From: Trichoplax sp. H2
Taxonomy: Eukaryota
Assembly (NCBI GenBank): GCA_003344405.1
Contig: NOWV01000003.1
Span: forward strand, 434,001 to 498,000
Reading direction: 5' to 3'
Length of the DNA stretch: 64,000 nucleotides
In this document: in pieces, positions 1 to 14,108 of the stretch
Numbering within the stretch: position 1 is the stretch's first letter
Layout: each line of letters opens with the position of its first letter
The notes under the pieces: model-generated
The model's input: the letters and a program-made list of their open reading frames with translations, nothing else
Told to the model about the DNA's origin: nothing
Database searches by the model: none
Position numbers and translations under genes: made by a program

Positions 1-718
1 TACACGCTCATATCATTTTACGAGTAAAACCCAAAATCTATATGCAAAATCAGTCGATATTTTTTAGGGTAGTTCTGCGAATTAATCCTAAAATAACACT
101 TTACGGTACTATTAGGTAATAATTCTTTGTTTAGTAAACGTATGATTTACTTACGCCAGTCGTAAATTGCTGTCATTGATGAATAATATTATTAAGTATT
201 GCAGAGTGAATTGGAATTACTGTATTGTTAATGTACCACCATTTAACAGATTTCAATAACATAGCAGGTTTACGCCTAACACATATATTTTAGCAAGTAA
301 ACTCGCGATCATCCATGAATATGTTACCATTACGCTCTATTGTGAACTCTGTACGAATTTAAACGTCAACTTAAATAGTTAAAAGTTATAATGATAAGGG
401 TAGTGTAGTAAATATCAGGAATTGCATAAGACTAAAAGTGAAAAAACTCGAATTCTACTTTCATGTAATATATTACTTTTGTTCGATTACTGCTTATTTC
501 ATCTTCATACGCCACTTGGTATCATCTTTGGTATTGCTCTACGAATTCTTTGTACAGAAACACTGATATTATTTCTTATTACGTCTGTATAATTACGATG
601 TAATTGCAATATTTACGCGCTTGGAGAAGTCCTCTGTTGCATAAACTGTAATTGACCTATTCTCTATGATCTTTAAATTATAAAACGGTTGGATCAGATT
701 CTTGATTTCTCTACTTAG

Positions 719-3700
719 GCTATTTGCGGTTTACAATTACCACTTTCCACAATATTAAATATGCAAGAAGAAGACATGCGACAAATGCTTAATGATGTTC
801 AATGTAACGAAGGAGATAGTAGTCGCTTCATTGCTGCAATGAAAAATCTTCGTTTATATTTGGGTAAGTCAGCAGCTATGTCTGTAGTGGCTTGTGCACT
901 GTATGGTTGTAACGTTTGAATTAATGATGTTGGTAAACTAGATTGCTATAACGTGTGTGAAAGTTGATTTATTATGAAACTTTAACTTACAATATAGCTG
1001 TAGCGAAGTATATTATGATTGTACAATATAACTGAGTAGATGACGTAACGCATGTAATATGACTATAGCACTGTTCTGCTATTGTAGTGATAGTCCCTTA
1101 TTCGATGTGCAAAGCAATTACCTTGTCAGTAATTTATTTTCTATCATGTATCCGCTATCAATTTTTTACTATTTATTTGTGATTTACAGAAAAAGTAAAT
1201 GCATAAGTATTCAGCCAAGTAGTAGTCTAACTATTATCGTACATATAATACTATATACTTTGGTTTTTATCACTCGGATACTACATTACAGGGCAAGGCG
1301 TTTTGGCTTATCTTTATAAATTAAACACAATTAGCATAAAATAAATAATAGAGCGTATGCATTTTGTAAGGTAGTAAACTCACGTTTACTTTTAATTTAA
1401 TATCCATGTAAATGTACTGTACGTGTGTATACAAAATACGATGTATATCAATTCATGCCAGATTTACGAACAGCACTAAATGATCAAAATTCCTACTGTT
1501 GGTCATTAATTGCTATTATCGCATTATGTGAAGTCTTTAAATTATGGAATTCTCTGTTAAGTGCGTTGATGTGTGATTGTAAATGACCTGCAATGACGAG
1601 AGTATGTATGTAGTACTATTTTAAGTTGATACTATGTCAAAGCCTTTATATTAACTCAGGTAATTAATTACACCACAGTGATATTATCTATAGAGCTCAG
1701 CATTAATGAGAAATATGATATAATGGGTGCATGCTGGTATTATAATTACATTTGCTAAGGTACGCGTACTATACTGATTTCATTTACCTTTCTTGAGGCG
1801 ATATTTCGAAAACATTGACAAAAAATATCGATGATATTTTATATCTATCTCAGTCCAATCAATAAATTATACGACTTATATCTTGTTAATAAGGTAGTGT
1901 ATCATTTATATTTCTTATATTTTATTGTATTCTCCAATAAATACTTCATATTTCGCAATTCGGAGCTCCCAGGTTACACATTAACGAGATTGCTACAATG
2001 CAGTGCTGTACAATACTTTCTCGAAATGATTCTAAGAACATAGTTATATTGGCCATATTGGGATACTGCGTTGTTATCAGGAAGTGATGTGACGTTTTTA
2101 ATTACCTAATATCCATAATGGGCTAAATAATTGCTATTTGATTTACGGTATTAATGTCTAATATATCGATCTCAATAATTAATGTTACTTTATATGATAA
2201 TACTGCATATGCATCACACAATTTTTACTATCGATGTAGCTTTTTTTCGTCTTATTGAAAGCATTTGATTTAGTGCGATAACAATTATTTCTATTCTAAA
2301 ACTTTAATAGAAATGTTACGAAGTGGGGAATTTCCTAGTACTGCTTCATTTTATTGGAATTCGTGGACTTATAGATATGGTAAAGCCGTTAATAGCAATT
2401 CAAAGACGTCTAATAATGAACCTGTCCTGGTTGGAAGAAATCGATCCGTAACATCTCCGACCTTGTCCAATAGCCGACCTAATACATTGTTAACTACTTC
2501 TGGCGCTGTTACCTCTAGTCATAAATCTGTAGACGTCGTTAAATCTTCAACCTTTTCTCCTTCGCCATCTTCTTACTGTATTGCTAATTCGCTTGATAGT
2601 GGAGCTAGTCCTACTACCCCACAAGTACCTGCTAATTATTATAAGGATTCATCTCCAAGTGTATCTGATATCAATGCTGGTCTACTTGAAAATAATCACA
2701 ATGTTGACGGCGCTACCGTTGCCCAGGACGGTAGCAATTGTAATACCGATGCTAATTCTGTGCTACAAATTATTGTTCAACCAAGCGACACAGAAAATGA
2801 AATACAGCTCTCTAATCGTAGTAACTCATTAGGTAGTATGAGAACAACCGATAAAAATATTCAGTGTCGGCTTCCTTTACAAGCAGCTATGCTTAGCGGT
2901 AGCTGCGAAGCCTTACTCCATGACAGTCAAAACTGTACAAATGATATTGGATCTGATTACAGTGCAGGATCTGACAGTCTACAAAAATTAAGATCGCGTG
3001 AGTATTTTAACTAAAATTTCATTACCTTTAGAGCCATATTCTTTTATCAAAGTAATTAGATTCTTAAGACTTATGACACTGGATAGTTAATAGATTTTAA
3101 AGACATGATAAATTAAAATTAAAATAAGATCAATTGGTTGTAATTTTTTAATATACATCTCAAAAATTAAGGAACTTTGAGTCATAGTGCCGGGACTCAG
3201 TCATCTTCATTGGTTGGCATGGGGCATTCTATTAAACACAGGTATTTTTTTATTCTAGCTCACTACACTTTAAGTGACTAGTATAGTCCAAAATCCGCTC
3301 TCTATAAGTCCTTTATTTCTCAAAATATAGATTTTCGCATTTACCAATGTTCATTGCGCAGTCGTGCGATTACTGTGGTCGAATAGTTGTTATGGGTCTT
3401 AAATGTAAAGAATGCAAGTAAGTCATGATGAAGCTACGAAATCTGTATTACCTTACATTTTATATAAAGTAAAATTTCTTCTTGTATCGTGTGAATGATC
3501 AGATATAAGTGTCATTCTAAATGTGCTAAGAAAGCACCGCCATCGTGTGGCTTACCTCAAGATTATGAGAAATTTTTTAAGCAGCAACTACTTCATGGTA
3601 TGATAACTGAGATGATCAAGGATCATAACGTTCTATTAATTTATGTTTTTATACATGAAAAAAAATTAATTCGAAATGATCTTTACATTAGATAACCTGA

Positions 3701-6204
3701 ACCTCAGTCAAGATACTTCAAAAATAAACTTAAAAAAATTGAATGCTTCTCCATCGCGCATGACATCAGCTCCATATAATAGTTATAACTCAGGCTATAA
3801 CAGTATCAATTCCGTATCTACAAACGACTCTTCGACAAACAACTTGACTTTTAAAGATAAGCACTATTTGAATAGCCAAGGTGCTGATAAAATTAAGAGC
3901 ATACCGAACTCGGCACCACCAACTAGCGTTAATAGTACATTTAATTTTTCAACACCGACTGATGGAAGTACAACTGGCGGCCAATTGACAGAATCAATTA
4001 GTCCTTTTTCATCGACTCCATCTTCACCTACGATGAATACGAGCACACACTTATACTCACCACCAGTGTCTAGTGTCTTACCAGAGACAAGTATGTGGGA
4101 TAGAAATACATAATGTTCATTACGGTCAGATACTTATTTAAGCTATTTATTGCAGGTCAAGGTACAGTGGCCAATGATAAAGTTACTTCTACACCGATAA
4201 GGAAAAACGTTAATAGCACAGAGGACGACCTAGAAGACAATAGGTAATTCGGCATCTGACAATAAGTCATATTGCTGTCAGATTTAAATTACCGGATTTT
4301 ATGCTCCGTATTTTTGGAAGTGTATGGTAAATAATATTTTCGTTCTAGGGATTGTGAAAACATTGAATCAGAACGAAGCTCTGGAGTAAGACTAATACTT
4401 TACTCTTAATATTATCTAAAAGCAACGTTATCTAGAATAGTACAATCTATGATATAATACCATCATATTGGCAATATTTCATCAACCTAAAACAGAATGA
4501 AGATCACAGTCAGGAAGATCTGTTAACCGTAAATCGTAAGAGTCGATATAAACGAAGAAAAAAGGTAATTGAATTACAGTCGCAGAAACCATGTAGCAAA
4601 ATACTTTCAAGCTGATCCCCTAACTCCGCTGTTACCCAAAATATCTTGCCTTACAGCTCTTAAGTATGCGAACCAGCTTAGCATCTGAATGGATAATTCC
4701 CATTGAAGAGTTAAAAATAAAAGACGTCATCGGTATAGGCCATTTTGGTCGTGTTCATAGGTTTGTTGATATGTTAGTCTTAGAAAAAAGATCTGAGCTT
4801 CGAGAAAAATAGTAACTGATACAAATGTTAAATAGAGGCTACTGGCATGGAGACGTAGCTATAAAGTTCGTTAATGTGAGCCGTTTAACTGAGGAAGCTA
4901 TAGAATCCTTCAAGCTGGAGGTAAGGAAGTAATTTAGTAGTATATGGATTTGTTCTATCAGAGCTAAATGGCTCTACTTGCCTATTTTATGATAGGTAGC
5001 TACTTTTCGTAAAACACGTCACGATAATCTAGTATTGTTTATGGGAGCTTGCATGAAACCCCCTCAGTTGGCAATTATTACAAGGTACTGTGCAAATATA
5101 CTAACTAGAAAATCATGCTTTTCTGTAAGTATGCTTTAATGATACTGATAATTTCCTACCTATATTTATGTATATCTGTATCAGTTTATGCCGAGGTCCG
5201 TCATTGGCTTCTTTAATTTATGAGCAGAAAGATAGATTTACTTTCTCTAAAATTGTTAGTTTTGCGCGAGAAATCTGTCAGGTATGGAATGCTACGTGAC
5301 TGCTTTCTTTGGCAGTCGAATTAATGGCTTACTAAGGAATATGTTTGGTTATACAATGTTTATATGATGTATATTAGGGGATGAGTTACTTGCACTCTCG
5401 CGACATCATCCACAAGGATTTGAAATCAGGAAATATATTCTACGAGAAATGTCGTATCGTTATAACTGATTTCGGGGTATCTAGCTTAGTAGATTATAAT
5501 CCAACGCCACAGGAAAGGTATTAGCCATTTGATTGTTATAAATTAGTATAGTTATTGTGCTATTAATGTTTATATACTCGTATTTGTAGAAATTTGGACT
5601 GTTGGGTAATCGTTCGAGATTACGCCGTGTATTTTGCTCCAGAAATTATTAAGAAAATGGACTTGAATTTGGTATCATTTGGTCTCAGTGCTTTCACTAA
5701 AGCATCCGATGTTTTCGCTTTTGGGTAATAATGGCTAAGATATATTTCTGCTAAGGTTAACTAAGAAATATTCTGATGAACTATTTGTATAATTTCTATT
5801 CTATAGAACTGTATTGTATGAAATGATGGTAGGACATTGGCCATTTTCGGAGCTGCCAGTCGAGAGTATACTCTGGATGGTAGGGTCTGGTAAACAGCCT
5901 CCGCAAGACGAGATACGTTTACCGGTAGAATTGAAGGTGCATTTTTTGACCTTTACAGTAGTGATCATCAAGAGATAGTCATAACTATATACAGTAGACA
6001 GTTACTTAATGCCTCCGTCATAGCGCATGTTTCCTATAGTAAGTTATGAAATATTCGTTTTATTTTTAGAACATATTGAATACCTGCTGGGAATATGATC
6101 CAGAAAAAAGAATAGCGTTTACCAATTTGTTAAAGGCATTAAATAAATTACCAGAGAGATATTTACGTCGTAGCCCGTCTTGTCCATCGAATTCATTAAC
6201 GTAA
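719..6204 (+). CDS. KSR: Kinase suppressor of Ras (KSR/RAF-family kinase); multi-exon, 5' end lies upstream of the window
   Basis: Exon 719-863 ([48 protein letters not shown]) resembles the KSR CC-SAM and splices in phase to exon 2311-2997. The C1 domain spans three exons (HSIKHRF...CDYC...[23 protein letters not shown]). Kinase motifs: [44 protein letters not shown] (KSR-type), ITDFG, YFAPE, SDVFAFG. C-terminal RRSPSCP; stop TAA 6202-6204. Confidence 0.93.
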
Positions 6205-7540
6205 ATGCAGCAGTATGAGTAACCGATGAACATATTTCAATCGAGATTTTCTGAGAGAACTTAATTTAGAATAACTTTAGATATGAACCTATGGCACAAT
6301 CTAAACATTGTAAATGTAAACTTTGTGGCCTTCGCAAATACTTTTTCGTGCAATATTTCCAATTTTTGTCTTAAAGGCGATAAATTAAATTGTTTTTGAT
6401 GCAAGTATTACTCGAAAAATTCATTTTATGAAGTGTGGTCGTGACAAATTATTGTAGAGTGATATTACATTTGCAAACGCGAAATCTGTAGTACTTATTC
6501 AAGGATACTATCATAGCTAAGACTTCAATAGATTGGCTATTGTGATTATAGTTATATACATCGTCGGTCGATATGTAAATGATAGATTGCATTTACTGAA
6601 ACAATTTTACTACTTAGTGAGCTATCTTTACCACAAAATAATGCTTCCAGTATTGCAACTGTTCTTATACTGTATATTAGAAAACTGTTAGAAATTTTTA
6701 ATGGATCTTTTCGATGATTTCATTATTGTTCGATATCTAAAATTATTTTTAATGAAATTTTTAACGTCTTATTGCATTTCTGTTTCCGTTAGTATTTGTA
6801 ATTTCTGAGCAAAATGATAAATTCTCAATTTTTAGAATCAATAGGGTATAGGCAGGAGTTGCACGAAAATTAGCCTTTTTATAGTTATCGTAAATTACTA
6901 ACATTGCTTACGTAGAGACAATGCTATTAAATTTGGAACCTTGTTATAAGTGTATATGGTAACAGATTTTTTATCGAGCTTTTTTTGTTAGTTCAGCATC
7001 GATCATATACTTGCATATAATGTATATTGTAATGCATAATTTTACATTTGTATGACATGAGTACTTATCATATCGTTCTTGAAGTCCATCGTTTTATAAA
7101 GTTTTTCCTTGTACTACTTCATAATGCTTTATAAAGATTTAAAGCCTCGCTATAATGTGATAATGTTTACTCACAATTCGGTGTAATGATGTACTGCTAT
7201 GTCATAATACTTTTAAAAAAACTTACAGTAATTACAAATTATTATGCAAAAATGTCGGCTTATCTAAAAGGTATTATTTTGAAATATTGATTCCATTTTA
7301 ATTGTTGCTTGTTATTGGTTGCGATATTATCTGCACGTAAAAGATTCAAATACTCAATATCAATAAATACTTGTTGATCTTTCGGAAATTACAATATCTT
7401 CATAGTTTTATATGTTAACAAATATTTTTTCGTAATTTTCATTTACTGAATGGCTTTAATATTACCAAGCTTAACATAATCTATTATTATTTTATAGTTT
7501 CAGCTTTTTTTGATATAAGAGGTTACTAAATAGTTTAAAA

Positions 7541-10500
7541 CTAATATTTGAATTGATGGATCAGTTTGGACAGTACATGTAAAGCTCTATCCCATTGACT
7601 TTTTTTATATTCCGTTGATGATGCCGTATTTTCGCAAATACAGAGTATAGCTTTTAATTGGATGCACAGTTTTTCAAAACGATTCGCTGTAAAGTTGAGT
7701 TGATTCCATTCCGTAGATACGTATAGAAGTATAACACAAACATAGCACAATATAACCGGAAGATATTCGCAAAATTTCTGAAAATTGATACGTTTTCGGG
7801 AACGCATTTGTCCTGTGCTCCATAACGTACTCATGGCTGAATGAGCACTTAAAACATTATTAATAATGGAACGGGTTTGCATAGTGATAGCTCGTAGAAG
7901 TTTAGCAATTTGTTGCTCCTGACGCGATCGAAATAGGGGATTTGGCGGCGATTTACTCAGCTGGTAGGCAGTTTGATCAAGCAACCTGACATAGTACGAG
8001 AATAAGCTGTTAGTTTAAGAATGGGCTGTAGTGTTTTCCTTCATCTAATAAGCTTTATTTTTCTATCAAACTCGTATTATATTTAACTAGCTTCTCACCT
8101 ATCAAAAATTTCGCTAAGCATAGATTTATCCTTGTCAATACATAGATTTATACTATGACATAACTGATGTAGGAACGACATTTTCAGATTGTTATGACCA
8201 TCGTCAAATTTGTTAAAGTTAATTCGCTCGGCTTCATTTACTATTGCAACATTATAGTTGTTATAGCTTTCTACTTTAAGCGTCAAGCTGTGAGCCAATT
8301 TCATTCGCGCTACGATACCTTTTATTTCTTCTTTTATTAGTAAATAAGGATGATGTTTTGATTCATAAGTGTTATAGATAGATACGAATTTTTCTACATA
8401 CACTTCATCTGGACCGCACGTTGCACAGTACTTATAGCAAATTAAAAAAACTGCAATAAGAACGACACTAGCAGTATCTTTAGTTAACGATTCAGGAACA
8501 ACATCAGCATGACTGATTCGGTCCCTTAGCCGTAAGCCTTCCGGATACATCAATAAATCCATTAATAATACCTACATGATATGTCGAGAGAAAAAAGTGA
8601 AATCAATCACTATAAACAATTATGTAATGATCATTTATGAATCAGTACTTATTTACATTAGATCGTAAGGATACAATATAAATTTTGAAATGTTATGTTA
8701 TCGCCTTGTTTATACTATCTCTCACTAAGTAGTTATCTGAGAGCTCTTGACATAGGCAGTTGATGCCACCAGTGGGTAACTTAGCAGCTAATATTTCAGT
8801 CAGTGTGGTAAAAAGCATTGAATTTTCAGCAGTGATAATCCGGTGTTGGCAATGATTTACACCAGCGAAAAGGATACGTAGACTATGTTCGAACTGTGGT
8901 AGCAATAGTGTGAGACAATCGAGATACCTTCAAAAATAAGTTTAATGCAGTTAGAAAGCGAATTGAAATAACGATATTATAGGTACGAACTGTTTGTAAG
9001 ACTTCGCTTAATTATAATGTTAGGCATTGTAAAGTATTGTCAAATATTGCCTTATCAATAGCGCTAAACACCTTTCACTTAAGAAGTGATTTATCGAAGT
9101 AACCCAAATTTGCACTCTACTGCGAGGAATTATTGAGGTAAGCTGAAATAATTTCTTTAGTGATATGCAATCTTGAGAAGTTACAACCGGAAATCCATAG
9201 TCCACCTTCATTTGATGCAAGTCTATTAAGGGCAAGTGCTCGATAACAAATTGTTGGTCTAAAATTAATCCAATATCATAAGCTATTACGCAGAGAGATC
9301 TTCAGAGAGCTGTTTAATAATCCAATTTTAAATTATGTACATGTATGCATATTATACAGTACAGTAAATATATGTTTGTATATATGGCATTTGCTAGCAT
9401 CTTAGAAGTACATAGTCACTGCACACCTTTCAAAGCTCCCTTAAGACTAGCAGTCATAACAATTAATAATGTAAGACATTGCTTCGGAATTTCTTTTGGG
9501 CGAATAAAACCATGCCAAGTTAGATTCCTTAAATTTAATCCTTGTGGGGAACCTATTAACAAGTAAAAACAAGATATAGCAGTTGGCTCAAACAGCTCCG
9601 TTAACTGAGAGCTCCTGAGGAGATCACGTAGGAATCTTGGGCGTTCAGTAGTCGGTGCTGCGCTTCCAATGATATCGATAAGAACCCGTTCAGTAGCAGC
9701 AGTAAGTAGCGAAACACCTACGTAAATATGGAAGGAAAGACAATAAAGAAAGCCTCAAATAATATCCGTTTGTTTCCTTACAAAGCTAAGGATTATTTTG
9801 TCGTCTTAGCCTGGTCCGTGAATGCCAGTTTGTGATAAACATTAAATTGGCTTATAACGAATACTTTTACATTCATTCTTAAGTTAAATATAAAATTAAA
9901 TACTTTTCTAATTATAGTGCAATAAATCTACAATTCGCAAACACTCATTGATTCAATACGATTTCATATTAACTAAGTTAAAAGCTGTGCCTTTAAATTG
10001 ACACTCGGTAGACGAAATCTATGCAGTAAAATTTACATACGAATATGCAAAGGGGTATAATCATCTATACTATATACCAATAGGATCGAATCAGCCAGTA
10101 CAGTACTTTTCTTTCCCCGACTATCAGCCATAGGCAGATTAATTCAGGCGTACCGAAAAGAAATACTATTACCGTGCTATATCGCAGTATAACGTATTTC
10201 ACTTCTACTAGAGTAAAAAGTACATTTATTAACGGTAAATTATGTCGGAAGATATAGACTTACATCACTACATTATACTACGCGTATTTTCTTCCTGATT
10301 AGGTCATTTTTATTTGTGAGACGAGGTTGAATGATGTACGTACAAACGTAGTATCAGTACAAGATTGTAAATCTACCTAATAGGCAGTCAGTATCATCCA
10401 CAGACTTCAGTAACAAAATCAGTTCTTTGAAAGTCTTCACGAATTGATTACCAAGCCACAAGGTACAAGGAACATACCATTTTAGCATCTGTTCCACACT

Positions 10501-10866
10501 TGCAGATGCTAAATCATTATGAATTTGGTAAGCGATTTTTGCTATAGATATGATAGCTTCCTTAAATTTTCCATTGGGCTTAGCATTGAATACATTACTA
10601 TTGTAGCCACTACATTCATATCTATACAGCTCAGATATAGATGGTAAGTCTAAGTTTTTCCATATGATTAATCGATTGTTGACATCCAAGCAAAAATAGT
10701 CGGAATGGATGCTGTGGTGTAAGGAAGAGTAAGATGTATGAAAGATTTGTATTAAATTTTGCACACTATCTGAAAGTGCACTGTACTCATCATTTTTGAT
10801 AGCAGGTATGTCCAAAAAATCATTGTCAATTTGATTATTCATATTTTTTTGGATAATTTCTGACAT
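7541..10866 (-). CDS. ERMARD: ER membrane-associated RNA degradation protein (C6orf70/DUF4209 family), multi-exon
   Basis: Exons encode RFLRDLLRSSQLTELF, GSPQGLNLRNLTWHGFIRPKEIP, LLLPQFEHSLRILFAGVN, AENSMLFTTLTEILA and YPEGLRLRDRISH, which match recalled ERMARD motifs (GSPxGLNLRNxxWHGF; GxRLRDxxSH). ATG 10866, stop 7541. Confidence 0.88.
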
Positions 10867-11030
10867 TTTTAATATCTGTTAATCTTGATCCCCATAACTT
10901 TCTCACATATTCTTAAATTGTATCCATATCCATTCTACTCTTATTAATTAACCAAAGGCTTAGAAATTATGTTTAAATGCCCTATCATGAACCTTTGACA
11001 TGTCTAAGTATCTGGTCTTTGTCAAGTTAT

Positions 11031-11401
11031 GTACTGTACTGTACAGACAGTACAGTACAGTATTTCTGTTAATTATAATAATTAATTATTATTAATAATA
11101 TACCGTACACTGTAAGTAACAGTACAACAATTAAACAATTTTGCCATAACATTAACATTACATTAAACTGTATTATCAACAACGCTGCTGTACAGTGTAC
11201 AGTACAATTCTAGCGTACGGTACAGTACATTGTACAGTATGTACAACATGTCATCAACAATCAAACATACTGTACAGTACAGTACTGTATGAACTACGAA
11301 CGCCTGCAGACGACAGTACTGTACTGTACTAGGTATTTCTTTTAGCCTGCAAAGTACAGTACAGTACGCTTATCTTATACTGTATACTGTACAGTACAGT
11401 A
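11031..11401. repeat. TACAG/CTGTA degenerate palindromic array between divergent genes
   Basis: Many runs of GTACTGTACTGTACAG and ACAGTACAGTAC between the ERMARD and PH-like gene starts. Confidence 0.85.
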
Positions 11402-11621
11402 TTCTTCGAATTAAGATAAAATAAAATAAAATTTAAAATTTATTTGTTACATTAGGGTTGGTATCGTATCGCGGAAAGTAAAATACGATCGTGGTAAAAG
11501 TAGGATATTGTCCATCCATTCTACTGTACGTACTCATTATTTCTCTCATTTATGCACTGTATGTACGCGTACACTTTATGATACCACACACGCAAACTAC
11601 TGTAGTTGCACACTTTGCAGA

Positions 11622-12807
11622 ATGAACGACGTCCCAATACTTCAGCAACCTCCAAGTTACTATGATCCGCCAAGTTATGGTACCACATCGAATAGCTATC
11701 GTGGAAGCAATGGCCTACATCGAAATAGAACCCCTGTATGCGTCGCTCAGATGGACGAAGAAGGCTTATCCGATTTTATGATCTCTCATGCTTGCCTGTG
11801 CAGTATTTTACCTCCATTTTCATGTTTGTGTTTGCAGCCTTTACGGGTTTTATGTTGTGCCAAGAGTGAGGGCCTGCGCCAAGCACAAGCTACTCGTTTG
11901 GTACTATATACAGATGAGTTGGAGTTGCAGCTGGATAGTTACTGCCAATGCTGTGCATGCGTTGGTGCTGGTCCTGCGCCACGACCAGAGTCTGCGGGTT
12001 TGTCTACTGTTCTCGTTAATGTTAGATAATAATTTAGGTTTAATTAGTGTTTATCTAAGATTACTGGTTTAGTTTACTATTCTGCAGTTGAAATCTGTCT
12101 AAGATTTTCGTATTTGTGTGCGTCGGTGGATGATGCAGTACAGACTGTACACAGTTGTGCACTTGTACGTACAGTACACTGGTCGCGAGTTTACGAGTTG
12201 CATACTGTACTGTACGCGCAATAAACGTACGTATAAAAACAGTACACGTACAAAATAAGTTCGAAAAGCATGGCATCAAGAAAACTTTATCTTTATAGAG
12301 CGTAACATGTCTATGTTAATTTAGTATAGTAGTTTTTTAATTCAGTACTTATCGGACAAGTATAGTTGTGATTCTCATACGTTGATGCCTATGCAATTAT
12401 AAATTCCTAGCTTATACTAGCGCTAAGTTATGCGGTACCGTTCCAATATTTAAGATACAGTAATAGAAGTAAAATCAAAATCTGCATCTGTCACTGGTGA
12501 TAATGTATCTTTTAAATAAATGAACTATCATTATGATCAAATGATAGGTCTATGCGGCGAAACTGGAAAGATGATCAAGATTTTACCATTAGATCAAATT
12601 TCTCAGATTACTGTCTTCAATTACTGGCAACTAAACTCGATTCGTATTGTATCTGCAACCCCTTTATTTACTATGGGCAAGGATTCTTCCATTGTAACGA
12701 TAAATGGAATTGTCGATGCAGAAGAATTTGCGGCAGCAATACTGAATCAAATGAAAATTGTAAAAAATTATCGGCGAAACTATCCAGAACCGTCCGGAAA
12801 TGTCTAG
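11622..12807 (+). CDS. Uncharacterised two-exon ~210-aa protein: PPxY motifs, Cys-rich segment, C-terminal bacterial-PH-like (bPH_2/YdbS-like) region
   Basis: Exon 11622-11997 (MNDVPILQQPPSYYDPPSY...) splices in phase (G|GT) to exon 12548-12807 (GLCGETGKMIKILPLDQISQITV...IVTINGIVDAEEFAAAILNQ). The domain call is from pattern resemblance only. Confidence 0.7.
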
Positions 12808-13401
12808 AAAACTTTCAATAATAAGTTTAAGTAGTAGTATACGCGTATACCTTTGTAGATAGAAAACGTCCAATTTACACCTCAAGTATAATACGCGTAT
12901 ATCGCATTCCTATTATTACAATATACGTATACATATACGCGTATCATAGAATATGTTAGATTAACATTTTCTTTCTTACTTTATTAATGTATACTCAGAT
13001 GTGATAGCTTTTAGCTTTTACTAGCAACGAATAGAGAAGTGCTCAGTGATTTTTGTATTCATAGTTTATGATTATAGCAACGAAAGTTAGTATTCCGAAC
13101 AAAGTTAAACTTTGTATCATCGTATTCCAGATGATATTGGTAGTTGATTATAATTATAGCTTACAGAAATTATCGGACTTATATTTACGATTAGTACCTG
13201 CAGTGAAGCCCCAAATAAGCTTGAGACTAAGATTATTGCGGAGAGGGTATGGTGAAAAGGATGTGACTGACAGAGAGACCAACTTTCGCTTGAGTAATCC
13301 ATATCATTGTACATACCGTACTTTACTCAGTGTACTGTAGCGTACAGTACTGTACTGTATTCTGTGTACTGTACAGTGTACAGTACAGTAGAGTGTAAAC
13401 G

Positions 13402-13500
13402 GGCTAATTTATATGATTTTTATGAAAGCAAATATATAAAAAATTTTTTGTTTCTTTAATAAATTTTATATCTAACGAAAGAAAATGAGTTGAACTACAA
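13402..13500 (+). repeat. Dispersed ~100-bp repeat, copy 1
   Basis: Core 13451-13493 matches 24063-24105 at 40/43 positions, and similarity extends from GGCTAAT to TACAA. Confidence 0.8.
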
Positions 13501-14108
13501 TTTATTTATACGGAATGTCGGTGTACAGTAGCCACAGCACAGTAGGTAACAGTATACTGTTAATGGAGTTGAGTGTACACCATTTGAAAATAACGACTGT
13601 GTGCACTATTGTCTGGTTCGGGCACAGATGATTGGTTTTATTTGAACCACGCATACTCGTATACGAGAAATTCGAAGGCTGACTGTTTTACTATTCATTT
13701 CTACAGCAGCTGCCACTTTTGCAATCTTCTAAGCAAAACAGTTAGATTACAGTATTCTGTATACTGTACTGCGCAGTTTGACTGCTATCATTGGTACCAT
13801 CTATGTTATGAATCATGGTAATAACTCCTACTTGTATTATTTTTCGTTTACTGACGACGTACTAGTACAGTACAGTACAGTACAGTAAAGTTTTAGAGGT
13901 CTTCAATGACTCTTCATAGTCCAGTCTGCAGAATAGAATGCAAAGATGGACCTACTGTAGACCATGATCAGTGATCGGCATACTGTACAGGTGGGTGGAA
14001 AGTCATTTAAGATTTCTAAGTGTATTATTAGGATATTTTCCACACATTTTTGTTGTAATCATATAGAGTAAAGCTTATCATACTGTACAGTACAGCGATA
14101 AGTTTGGT

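Noticed and set aside
13117..13340. Short ORFs between the PH-like gene and TXNRD2
   Set aside because: No recognisable motif and no convincing downstream in-frame exon. A small or non-coding transcript cannot be excluded.
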